Under the pieces are notes generated by a model. It was not told the DNA's origin and did not search any database. It saw only the letters and a program-made list of their open reading frames with translations. A DNA stretch of 29,327 nt from Fonticula alba ATCC 38817 (lineage: Eukaryota > Protista > Nucleariida), in assembly GCA_000388065.2 (NCBI GenBank), contig KB932204.1, one strand, 5' to 3'. Shown piece by piece: positions 1 through 11,376 of this stretch (within the stretch, counting starts at the first letter, position 1; each line of letters starts with the position of its first letter). Both the position numbers and the translations under genes were made by a program.

Positions 1-1849
1 CTGGGTTCTCGGGTGGGGAATCTCCATCCACCGCATGTGTTCCACACCCGGGAGGGTCCGGGTGTGGGGAGGGGCAGGGAGTCCGGCTGCCCTGCGGCAG
101 GCAGAGAGGGAGAGATACATATTTCGGCCTGGCGAGTGAATAGTATGGCCTCTTAAAAAAGCCCCTAAAAATATCCTGGTCGATCTTTTTGCTCGCGCCC
201 GAAACAGGGACGCGCGAGCCGCAGGAGGGAGCACATTTTCTGCGTTCCCAGGCGGGGCACGCCCTGGATGACCGGCATCCCCATCGACCTCGGACGGCAG
301 AAAACGCATCCCTGCCGACGACCAGGGAGGCCGGCCAGTCCTTGCCCGGGACCGGCGCCCCCCCCCCCCTCCCCCTCGCCGCGTGTGCCCTGTTCCTGGG
401 CCAGGGTGGGCGTTGGCCATCCCCCGGGGAATGCCCCCAGGGCGCCCCGCATGGCTGCCCCGCACATGCCGCCGATCTGACGCCGCGGGTTACGCCTACA
501 GGGGGGTTTGTCTGCTCTTGGCCTGCCCCCGCCCCCGTCGCCCTCGAGCCTCTGTAGGTGTCTGCCTCGAATGCCGGAGGGAGCGAGCATACCCACCCCA
601 GCCGGCGTGCCCGTTCCACCATAGGGGACGGTTATTTCGAGGCAGAAGGGGGCATCTGGTGCGTGGCGCGGCTGCTGGCTACCTTGCCGCCGCCGCCGCC
701 GCCGCCGCCACTGCACGGCGAAGCTCACAGGGTGGACATGTGTGCCAGCGGATGATCGCTTCTTGGCAGGGGTGCGGCGCCCTTCTCCTCCCTGGAACTC
801 TGGCCCCAGGCGCGCAGGGTGCCCCCCGCCCCCTCCCTCCAAGGTGGCCGAATTGTCGTGACGCGGGTCGCCTCGCGTTCGGGGGAGGGGGGGGGGGGGG
901 CTGGAACAAAGATGGACAAGCGCCTCCCGGCCTTCGGCGATCCGACCCCCGCCCATCATTCGGAAAGCCCCCCACCCCCACCCCCGGGGGGAGAGGGGCC
1001 GGTGCGATAGGGCGGCAGGCATCCCCGTCGCCGGCGCCCGCACGAGCCACATCGCCTGATGTTGTTTGCTCCCAGGGCGGGGCCCTCCCCCCCCCCCTCA
1101 CCCAAACTCGACCGAGGCCCGTCCCCTGCTGGCAGGGTAGCGGGCCCGCTCGAAGAAGAACGGCATTTGAGCGTCATGTGCGAACACTTAACTGGGACTT
1201 TCACACGGACCCGGCAGGTATTTCGCCATCTCCTCATTCATGTGGCGTTGTCCCCGGCCCCGCCCCCCCTCGTGCCAGGTGAAGAGGCCCGAGACCCGCG
1301 CGGAGGCGGAAAGAAAGGCAGGGGCCTGGGGGCCCCCGACTGTACTTTGGCGGCCGGCCCCCCCCCCCCCCCCCCCCCCGGACAATTGGCCAGCCAATTT
1401 CGGCTCGCCCGGGGGCCAGACACAGAGCGTGCATACGCCGGGCAGATGGTCACTGGCAGGCTTGTCCCGCTCGCTGTAGGTTCCCTTCCCGCCTCCCCCG
1501 GGGGCATGGGGCCGCGGCTTGTGGCCTTCCCACTGGTTGTCTTGGTCCTGCGTCCTGCGGCTGGAGGGGGGGGGGGGGGCAGCTGGTCGTCCAGGCCTGC
1601 ATTGCCCCGGTGGGTGGCGTGTTGATCTCAGGCCGCGGGGTGGCGGTCTCGATCACTTCGGCTCGGCCGTTGTGGCCGATCCGTTGCCGCCCCCCTCCTT
1701 CCTGGTGGTTCTTGAGAGGAGGCGGGGCCGCCTGCCGGGCACCGGCCCAGCCGGCCTCTCCCTCTCCGCTCAGTGCTGGTCCCCCTCTCCCCTCCCTACC
1801 ACCACTTCTCACCCCCCTCCCCCTCTTCCTCCTACCGCCATCCAGCACC

Positions 1850-2175
1850 ATGACCACTTGCTACGTCAGTGCTGCCACCATTCAGGCCAAGGCTGTCGTC
1901 GCGCACGCCGTCGCCAACCCCGGGATGGCCCTGCTCGCGGCTGCCCTGCTGGCTGCTGTTGTTGCTGGGCTGGTCTCCGCTCGTGCTTCGTACATTCGCA
2001 CTGGCGGCAAGTCGATCCCGGATCTCAACCTCCCGCGCCCCGTCGGTTCGTCCCATGCACCTCCCCCGCGCGCGCTGCTTCCGTCTTCCTTGGCTTTTGC
2101 TGACATGACTTGGATATGTGCTCGATACCTTGTTTCCCCCTCGGCCTCTCTCTCTCTCTCTGCTCTCCCTCGCAA

Positions 2176-2211
<36 letters not shown>

Positions 2212-4269
2212 ACAGAGATCACTGCCGACTGGAAGCCCTCGTTCATTGAGGTCAACGATTGCAAGGTACATCCTTCCTCTGTTCATGCCCCCCCCCCCCC
2301 ACACGCACAGCCTTCCTTGCTGACTCTCCTTCCCTCTCTCCTCCCAATAGTCTCCCTCCAACCCGCGGATGATCCAGTGCTACGACCCGACTACCGGCTA
2401 CTTCCTGGGCAACATTCCGGCCATGAACAAGGCCGATGTCGATGGCATCATCAAGCGCGCCTATGAGGTCGGCGCTGTCTGGGCCAAGACCACCTTCGCC
2501 GAGCGTCGCCGGGTCCTGCTGACCCTGCAGAAGTACATCATCGCCAACCAGGACATGCTGGCCAAGATCGCCTCGCGCGATTCCGGCAAGACCACTGTCG
2601 ACTCGTCCTTCGGCGAGATCCTCGTCACTCTGGAGAAGATCCGCTGGACCGTGTCCGAGGGTGAGGCTGCCCTCAAGACCGAGTATCGCAAGCCGCCTGC
2701 TCTGATGATGCACCGCATCGCCCAGGTCCAGTGTGCGTTGTGTTTTACCTCGCTCCCTCCCCCCCCCCGCGTCCTGCACACCGGGGCCGACCCACACTTC
2801 TGATCGATGCCTGTTGTCCCCGCCCTCCGCCCTCCGCCCTCCGCCCTCCCACTGACCACATGTCCTGTCCATGCGCCTCTCTCTGCTCCCTCCGCCCATC
2901 CCCCCTCTCACCATCTCCTACACCCCTCCTCTCCTCCCCCCAGACGAGCCTCTCGTTGCTGTCGGCGCGATTGTCTCCTGGAACTACCCCCTGCACAACC
3001 TGATCTCGCCGCTGATTTCCTCCATGTTCGCCGGTAACGCCACCGTGGTCAAGGTCAGCGAGCATACCTCCTGGTCGGCTACCTTCTTCGCCAACATGAT
3101 CCGCGCGGCTTTCGTCGCCTGTGGCCACAGCCCGGACCTGCTGCAGATCGTGACCGGCTTCGCTGATGCCGGTGATGCCCTGGTGCGCGGTGGTCTGCGC
3201 AAGATCACCTTCATCGGGTCCCCCTTCGTCGGCAAGAAGATCATGAACGCCGCGTCGGACAACCTGACCCCGGTGATCCTGGAGCTCGGCGGCAAGGACC
3301 CGATTATCCTGTGCGACGACTGCAACCTCGGTCAGGCGGTCAACCTCACCATGCGTGGCACCTTCCAGAACTCCGGCCAGAACTGCATCGGCATCGAGCG
3401 TGTCATCGTCCACAAGAAGATCTACGACCAGTATGTGGAGGCGGTCAAGCCCAAGGTGGAGGCTCTTCGCCAGGGGTCCCCTCTGGAGGACATCGACGTG
3501 GACGTTGGCGCCATGCGTATGGTTAGCGAAGTGCGTGGGTGTATTCCCAGATGTGTATCTCTCTCTCTCTCTCTCCCCACTTCGTCTCTGACATGTTGCG
3601 TCCCCCCCCTCCCCCTCCCACGCGCGCCAGCTCGATCGCCTCGAGGCCCTGGTTGACGATGCCGTGTCCAAGGGCGCCCGTCTGCTGGTCGGTGGTAGCC
3701 GGTCGCTCGTCTCCAAGTGGCCCAAGGGCCAGTACTTCGCCCCGACCCTGCTCGTGGACGTGACCACCGACATGAAGATCGCCAACCAGGAGGTCTTCGG
3801 GCCGATTCTGCTGGTCATGCGTTTCGAGGATGACGATGACGCGGTGCGCATCGCCAACTCCACCACCTTCGGCCTGGGGTCCAGCGTCTTCAGCATGGAT
3901 ACCGCCCGGACCAAGTCCATCATCAGCCGTCTGGATGTTGGCATGAGCAACCAGAACGACTATGCCGTCAACTACCTGTGCCAGTCTCTGCCCTTCGGTG
4001 GTGTGAAGGACTCCGGCTTCGGGTGCATCGGTGGTTACGAGGGTCTCCGTGGCCTGTGCCATGCCAAGGTGGTCACCCTGGACCGGTTCCCCTTCGTCCA
4101 GACCGACCTGCCGCCCCTGCTGCAGTACCCGATCTCGCGTGTGTCCCCGGACTTCACCACCGCCCTGTGCTCCTTCTTCTATGGCTCCGGCGTCGGGAAC
4201 TTCCTGACCTCGGCCCTGAAGCTGGCCTCGCTGGCTGCCTCGGCCCCGGCTCCCAAGAAGAAGGACTAA
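1850..4269 (+). CDS. ALDH22/MSC7: NAD(P)-dependent aldehyde dehydrogenase, ALDH22/MSC7-like, with N-terminal membrane anchor; 5 exons
   Basis: Exons 1850-2045, 2216-2265, 2351-2732, 2944-3530, 3631-4269, all GT..AG with consistent phases. ALDH motifs: IVSWNYP, KVSEHT, FIGSPFVG (Rossmann), ILELGGKDP (catalytic Glu), GQNCIG (catalytic Cys), EVFGPIL, PFGGVKDSGFG. Hydrophobic N-terminal segment ALLAAALLAAVVAGLV. Family is certain; subfamily is from recalled similarity. Confidence 0.93.
2177..2214 (+). repeat. (CA)n microsatellite at the 3' end of ALDH intron 1
   Basis: Directly visible; ends at the CACAG acceptor. Confidence 0.9.
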
Positions 4270-4301
4270 GGAGCGCGGCTGTCCCTGCGCCAAGGGATGG
4301 A

Positions 4302-4379
4302 TGTGCAGGACCAGGGCCGGCGAGATATGGGGGGGNNNNNNNNNNTGTGCAGGACCAGGGCCGGCGAGATATGGGGGGG
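4302..4379 (+). repeat. About 34-bp sequence duplicated on both sides of a 10-N gap (unmerged contig overlap at a G homopolymer)
   Basis: TGTGCAGGACCAGGGCCGGCGAGATATGGGGGGG occurs at 4302-4335 and again from 4346, flanking Ns at 4336-4345. Confidence 0.9.
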
Positions 4380-5227
4380 GGGGGGGGGGGGGGGGGCCCT
4401 TGTGCAAACGAACGCGCGGGGGCCATGGGAAAGACCGGAGCACACGTTTTTCCCCTCTCTCCTCCCTGCTTCTGTCCCATTCTCGCCCTGCTTCTCTGGT
4501 CGGCTGTTGGCTGTTTCTTTTCTCCTGCCAGGGCGGCAGATGCCCCTCAGCATGGCATATTTGTGTTTACCCGCTCCCGCCCCCATCCGGTCCGCCCACC
4601 ATGTTACATGCTGTATCGAAATACAAAGACACACCTCACTCTGTTGTGCTCATTCTGCTTCCCCCGCCTTTTGCCCTGCCTCCCTGGGCCCCTGCCTCCT
4701 CCTTCCCTTGCCAGCCCCTCCCCAGGACGCGGTCATTCTGTCGGGTGTTTTTGTCCGCATGCCCTGTGGGGGTATGATCGGTGGCAGTCAAAGATCACGC
4801 CACATAGATCTTTTAGTGATCTCGTGCCACCGGGTCGTCAGTATGGAGTCAGGCAGATCGTGCATGAGCCCGGCTGCCCAGCAGCCTCGGCGGCCACTGT
4901 GGTGGGTTGGGCCCGGCGTCGGTGGTGCGCCTCGCCTGCCCTACTTCACCCCTGGGCCACCCCGGAAGGCATGGTCCTGGTCGTTGTTTGCCCCCGCATC
5001 TCTCCGGCCCATCCTTCCTGGCAGGGTGCCTGCGTATCAGCGGCTGGTGAGGGACAGGCCCCGACGGGTGGGGGGGGCTGAGAGATGGCGCCGCCGATCG
5101 GTCACCCAGGTTCGCAGGCTCCTTTTCGGCTCTCTTTCTGCCGGGCCCGCGCGGGTCCCAGAGGGCTTTAGAAAGACACCCCCCCCTCCGTCTTCGACTT
5201 GTGTCCCCCCTCCTCCTCTCTCTCCCA

Positions 5228-5260
<33 letters not shown>

Positions 5261-5346
5261 TTCTCCCGCTCACCAGCCGATTGCTCTCCTTTCTCCTCCT
5301 CCCTCTTTCTCTCTCTCCCTCTCTCTCCCTCTCTCTGGCCGTACAT

Positions 5347-6526
5347 ATGGCCCCGGACAATGCCAATCCCCTCGTTTACGAGGAAGAGGAGGTCGGCCAC
5401 ACCTGGGTCCCGGGTGACTTGACCCCTTACCTCTTGACGGCCTGCTCCGGCCAGGCAGCCCCCTCCTCGCAGGAGGTATTGGCCGCAGGGCGTCGGTCGC
5501 ATGCTGTTCGGCAGCTTACGGCTGCTGCACTGAAATCCACCTCGGCCACCATCGGGTCCTCATCCAGCCACAGCGGCCTGCTGGAGGCCGCCTGCCAGGA
5601 TCATTTTACGCCGGTTCTATTTTCTCATGCGCCGGACTTGCTGTTTGGCGAGGGCTTCGATGGCCCCGGGGGAGTGGTTGAAGAGATGTCACCGAGCACC
5701 GACTTCCCGGATGTCGAGCCGATTGACCCCGATGAAATCTACGGTGCGCCTGCCCCCCCTCCCCTCCTCCCTCCCATTGTTCGCCTCTTCCCTTCCTCTT
5801 GGTGGGTTCTGACCAAGGCGTGTGCACCACCGTCAGGTCTCATCCAGGGGATCTCGGACCCGGAGCACCCTCTGTCTCTGGGGCAGCTGCGTGTCGTTCA
5901 GCGTGGGGACATCTGGGTTGGCGACCGGGCCCCGGCTGCCTCGCCGACTGGCCAAGATGGTAGCAGCTCCGATGGGGCTGCTGGTGCCGATGGCGCCATC
6001 GACAGTCCCTGGAGCGGGGCCCTTCTTCCTCCCTGCGAGGGGGCAGCCATCGACATCCGCCCCGGGGACCTGCTGGCCCAGGGTGGTGCACATGGACTGT
6101 CGCTTCTGTCGCCGGTCGAGTCGCCAGGAATCGATGTGACCATCCACCTGACGCCCACCATCCCGCACTGCTCGCTGGCAGCCCTGATCGGTCTATGTGT
6201 GCGGGCCCGCCTCGACCGAGCCTTGCCCTCGCAGTACAATGTGCGTGTCCTCGAGCGTGGCCCCCTCCCGGCCACCTGCTCTTCTGCTCTTCATCAATTC
6301 CATGTCCAGTGACTCACTTGTCCCCCGCCCCCTCCCCCCCCCCCTCCCCCATCATCTTTCCGTCTTCCCTCCTACCCAGGTCTCGGTGAGTATTGCTCCA
6401 GGAGCGCACTCTTCGGAGGCGGCCCTGAACCGGCAGCTTTCAGACAAGGAGCGCCGCACAGCGGCCGTTGAGAATGCCCGTCTGGCAGCTACCATAGACT
6501 CTTGTTTGAGCTCGTGCGAGAATTGA
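5347..6526 (+). CDS. CIA2: Cytosolic Fe-S assembly component 2 (CIA2/FAM96/MIP18 family); 3 exons
   Basis: Exons 5347-5743, 5837-6240, 6380-6526. Family motifs: DNANPLVYE, DEIYGLIQGISDPEHPLSLGQLRVV, LTPTIPHCSLAALIGL (reactive Cys), GAHSSEAALNRQLSDKER..AAVEN. CIA2A vs CIA2B cannot be resolved by eye. Confidence 0.93.
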
Positions 6527-6873
6527 GTCCACGCGTGAAGCGCCTCATGCATGTCGCTGGACAGGGGGAAAAAAAAAGACACAATTCATACAGCGTTTGT
6601 TTTTTGGGAAGAGGCAGAGACAAGATCCCGCCTGGGACCCGGGTCTGCTACATGGTGTATTCATATATGCTCGGGTGGTCCCTCGGCAGGGGGAGGGGAG
6701 GAAAAAAAAAGGACAAGCTGCGTCCCTCTCAGGAGAGGAGGAAATGCGAGGGAAGGATGACAACCGGACCACTCTAATCGGCGTCAAAGGGACAAGACGG
6801 GAGGGGGAGAGGAGGGGGGGGGGGGGGAGGACAGCAAGACACGCAACTGGAGGCGACAGGAGGATGCCCGTCC

Positions 6874-9800
6874 TCAGTAGATGAGCCAGATCAGAGGAAT
6901 GCACAGAACCATGGAGAAGAAGGTGAGAGGCACACCAAGGCGCGCAAAGTCACCGAAGGTGTATCCGCCCGGGGTGGTGATCATGACGTTGGTCTGGTAG
7001 GAGATGGGCACGATGAAGGTGGTGGAGGTAGCCACCATCAAGGTGAAGGCCACAATCTCGGTGGACACGCCGGACTCCTTGGCCATCTCGTAGGCAATCG
7101 GGAAAACCAGTGTCGCGGTGGCCGGGTTGGAAATAACCTGTGTAAAGATGACCGTAATGAGGAAGACACTGAGTGCGCGCGGGGTTCCGACAGCCAAGTA
7201 GGGAGAGAGAAGAGAAGGAGAGACGGAGGGGGGGGGGGAGGGGAGGGGGAGGGAGGTAGNNNNNNNNNNNNNNNNNNNNNNNNNGGGGGGGGGGGAGCAA
7301 AAGCAGACACCGGAGGCGACACACCCGGAAATGATACCGATCGAGCCCAGAGGCATGAGCACGCCCAACAGGGACTCGCTGATGACATTGGCCGCGCCAG
7401 TCACCTCCAGAGCCTTGCCCAGAGGGAAGGAGCAGGCAATGAGCACAAGCAGCTCGCCGCCAACCGACCGGGCCGCCTCGGCCGGCTTGATGCACCCAAG
7501 CGCAAGAAGGATGCTGGCCGCGCAGAGACACGCCGTCGACAGGGACAAAACACCGGCCACATTGACGGCAATCATGAGCAATGTCACCAACAGGGTGGCC
7601 ACGCGCTTCCACTGAGCTGGGCGCTTGAAAACCGACGGCACCGACTGGACCACATTCACCAGAGCAAAGTCATGATCATGGCGGTGGTAGTCCAGGAAGT
7701 GCGTGGTCGTCTCAATGATCAGGGCATCCCCCGGGCGCAGGGGGGTGTCCAGCAGGGAAACACTGGACTGCGAGCTGAGGCCGGTCTCGGGGTCCAGGAA
7801 GGGAGCAACCGTGGCCGAGGCGCCATACACCCCGGTGTCATTCTCCGGGGCAAGGAGCCGATCACTCTCGGAGAAGGCGGCACGCTCGGCGGAGGGGCCC
7901 ATGCCGCCAGAGGCCAACACATCCGTCGGCAGGCGACCCCCGTCAGGACCCAGCAGCCCGGCCGATGACCAGGACAGCGCAGACAGGGTGCCAAGCCCTC
8001 CACGACGGTGGATGGCCAGCACGGCGGCATTGTAGTTGGACCGGAAGCGTGCCTGGCGAAGAGACCGCCCGGCAAGCGGCGAGTCATGGGCGATGACCAC
8101 CTCGGCGAGGACGCGCTTGCGCAGGCGCCCGGACACACGCTGGAGGTGCGGCACGGCGGCCGGCTCCATACCGTAATCCGACCGAAGGAGGTGGACAATG
8201 TCATTCTCGAGGCCGGCATACAGAAGGATATCCCCCTCCTGCAGGGTCAGGCCGCCGGGAGTGGCCGGAAGACGGAGCTTCTCGCAGATGGTCTGTGCCC
8301 GGGCCGAGGCATCGGCCGCCATGTAGAGAACCCGGTGCCGGGCCCGGGTGTCCGCGGTCGGGGGGGCATCAGCCGCGGCGTAGTAGGCCGCGGTCAGCTC
8401 CTCGGTGGTTAGGCCCTCCACGGGGTATGCGGAAGCGCCGGTCATCGGGTGCCGAGCCCCAGAGGAGGACCCAGTGCCGGGGGCCGTGTATGGGCTGTTG
8501 ACAAAGGAAGCCGAGCGCGAGGGCGCACGAGAGCCAGGACGCGAGGTCGAGGCAAGCATCAGCCCCGGGCTGCCGGCAGCCAGGACCGAAAACTTGGATC
8601 CCGACGAGGAGCGTGAGCGAGCCTCCGCACCGCCGAAGAGCGAGTCCTCCTCGATGGCGAGCTGAGTGCCATCGCCCTCGACCGGGCGCTCAATCGAGAT
8701 GAGCGTCACGCCATTCAGACCGTCGAGGCCGATTTCGGTCACGGTCTTCCCATGGCAGGGGCTACCCGGGGGGATGCGCATGGCGGTGACAAAGGCACGG
8801 TTGCGCTTCTTGAAGGGACCCGAGGAGCTTTGAGCATCCGGCAGGAGCCAGGAGGAGGTGAAGATGACAAACAAAAGACACAGGATGGCATTGGGGATGG
8901 CAATATAGCCGATGGTGAAGAAGCCAAGGTCCGTGTCGGGCTCCTTCTCCCGGACGAGGTCGGCCACAATGATGTTGGTGCTGGTCCCGATGATGGTGCA
9001 CATGCCGCCGAGGATGATGGACAGGTTAACCGGCATCAGGAGCTTGCTGACCGGCTGGCCGATCTTCCGGGACCACTCCATCATGATGGGCAGGCTCATG
9101 GCCATCAGGGCGGTGTTGCTCATGAAGGCCGAGAAGAAGGCGATCGGGAAGCACACACGGGCCAGGGCCACCCACAGGTGCTTCGGGTGTCCAAGAATGT
9201 ACTTCATGGCCGAGTCCACAGAGCCGTTGATCTCCAGGGCCTGGGAGAGGCCGCGCCAGGGGCCGGGGGCGGGGGCGGGGGCGGGGGGTCAATATGGCGT
9301 CATGCACCAGCAAACAGCATGCGGGCGCATGCGGGCACATGCGCGCCGATGGACGTACGCGGGCGACAACGAAAATGAAACCAATGGCCAGGACACCATC
9401 ACTGCTGAAGCCGGAGAAGGCCTGCTCCGGGGTCAGGATTTGGGTGACAATCAAAAGGGCCGTCGAGAACATCATGGTAATGTGCGGGGGGTAGAGCTCT
9501 CGGAAGAGGGCCACCAGCACCACGGCAATCGTCTAGGGGCGGGGAGCGTGAGGTGCCGGAAGGAAAGGACGCCGGTTAATTCCAGGACCCTTGTAAGAGC
9601 GGCTCGAGAGGGAAATACGCGGCGTACGCAGAGACTGAACCACGCCTGCCAGCCCATGGGCTCCCAGGCGAAAATGCCAAGGAGGGCAAGGCCAAACAGG
9701 ATGATGCCTGGTGGCATGAGGACGGCAATGGCAAGCCGCAGGAGGGAGGGGAGTTAGCCCTGGGGCGCAAGGGTAGAGACAGCAAATGCATCGACCCAAG

Positions 9801-10214
9801 GGGACACGAACCCAGGACCAGGAAGTATGGCCAGTTGGAGATGAGGCCGGCCAGCAGAACCCGCGGGTCCAGCTCGCTGGCCTTCTCCTCGTCTTCGGCA
9901 TTGGCCAGCTCGAAGACGCGTGTGGAGAAGATCGGGTCATCGCCGGGGTTCACAGGCAGCACCGAGCCGTCATCAGTGAACCCGGTCTGAAGAGGCGCCC
10001 GGCCGAGGCCCGAGGGGGAAGAGCGTGAGCAAGGCTGGGGGTGATGGGCGGCGAGCCGTTGGAGGGCCGGGCGGGTGCGCACCTGGATCGAGGGATTGTG
10101 CATGATCGGGTCATTGGGGTCGGCGAAAGTGAATCCCGATGTTTGGAAGTCATCTGCAGGAGGGGGATGTCCGCTAAGCTGGGACTCGTCGGCAACCATG
10201 TTATACTGGCCCAT
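6874..10214 (-). CDS. SLC13/DASS-type (SLT/SAC1-like) Na+:sulfate or di/tricarboxylate permease with two cytoplasmic TrkA-C (RCK_C) domains; 6 exons
   Basis: Exons 10214-10083, 9986-9812, 9707-9628, 9532-9359, 9240-7325, 7168-6874 with consistent phases. Multi-TM N and C halves with family signatures AFSGFSSDGVL, AFMSNTALM, GGMCTIIGTSTNIIV, VISNPAT, PISYQTNVMITTPGGYTFGDFARLGVPL. TrkA-C-like segments IPPGSPCHGKTV...LQEGDILL and IAHDSPLAGRSLRQARFRSNYNAAVLAIHR...LRPGDALII. Start codon could also be Met6. Confidence 0.88.
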
Positions 10215-11376
10215 GGCAGCACGATCTCCAGACCATTAAATAGACCAAGTGCAGGAGGGTCGGCAAGGAGGCAGGGGCAGCGGGGAGAGCGGCACGGGGG
10301 GGAGGGAGGGAGGGGGGGGGGGGCGCAGTTGACAAGTGCTGGCGAATGCAGTCCGTCAGGCGAAAGGGCATCGGAGAGGGGGCGATCTGTGGCGGGTAGA
10401 GGGAGGGCAGACCAGGCCGGCGGGGAGGTGCCGGCCCATGCGAGGGTGGGGGCATTTGACAGAGCACGGGCCCGGGGCACAGATGTCTCAGTGAGGTTGT
10501 CGGCGGTGTTGAAACAACGGAGCGCCCGTGCAAGGTACACTGTCAGCAGGGGCGGCGGGGGGGGGGGGGAGGCATCAATCCGGAGCGCGCCCGGGATCGC
10601 CCGGGAAGGCGGGACAATTGGCCCCGGTGGCCTGGGAAAGCCCGGGTCAAAACAATGCACCCGCCCCTCCGGCGCGCCCCCCGCGCCCCTTGGCGACGAT
10701 GCCCCGCGCGTGCGCGCGATCCTACTGCTCCATTGGCATGCGCCCCGGTTCCTGTGGGGAAGGGAAAGGTAACGGTCCTCCGCCTCTCGCTGGCTGGCGG
10801 TCGATTCTGTTGCCCCCCTTCCTCGTCCCCCCGCTGAGAGCGAACGTGGGCCTGCGTGGGGGGGGGGGGGGAGGGGGGGGGGCGGGGCGCAGGGCAGGCT
10901 GTGACCCGGGCGGACGCACGCTCACGCGAGGTCCGGCTTCTGTCGGGATTTAGGATTGACACCGGGGTGGGAGGGGAAAGGGACGTGACTTTCGGGGCCG
11001 CTAACAATAACAAACACGCAAAGGGAGTGACCAGCGCGGCACCACCGTCCGGATACACATCCTGAGTCGCCCCCCCGCCCCCTCCCCCCGCGGGGGCCAG
11101 TGCAGCCCACGCAGCCAGGTCCACGCGTCACCCCCGCTCTCGCTCCCCCCCCCCCCTCCTCCCCGGGAGGGCGAGGAATGTGCCGCCCGCCGGCGTCGAT
11201 TCCGCGCCGCAGCGCCCCCCCCCCCCTCTCTCCGCGCCGGTCTGGCCCTGGAAAAGAAATCGCCACACGAACAAGGACTACCCCGAGGCGCGAGAACAAG
11301 GACATTCGTTGATTTTCTCCACGGGAGGCCCGAGCGGCGGGGGCTGAGCCTATGGGAGAGCATTGGCAGTTGGTAT

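Noticed and set aside
1-1849. Long ORFs (165-1052, 383-1282, 1059-1625 etc.) and a short MNEEMAKYLP frame
   Set aside because: Gly/Pro/Arg-rich translations of G/C runs, with no codon bias or motifs. A pyrimidine tract plus GCAG near 95 on the minus strand could be an acceptor of a gene to the left, but it is unsupported.
4297-5346. 5' half of the 671-aa ORF 4297-6312
   Set aside because: It crosses an N gap and CT/CA repeats. The real CIA2 start is ATG 5347, where the family motif NANPLVYE begins.
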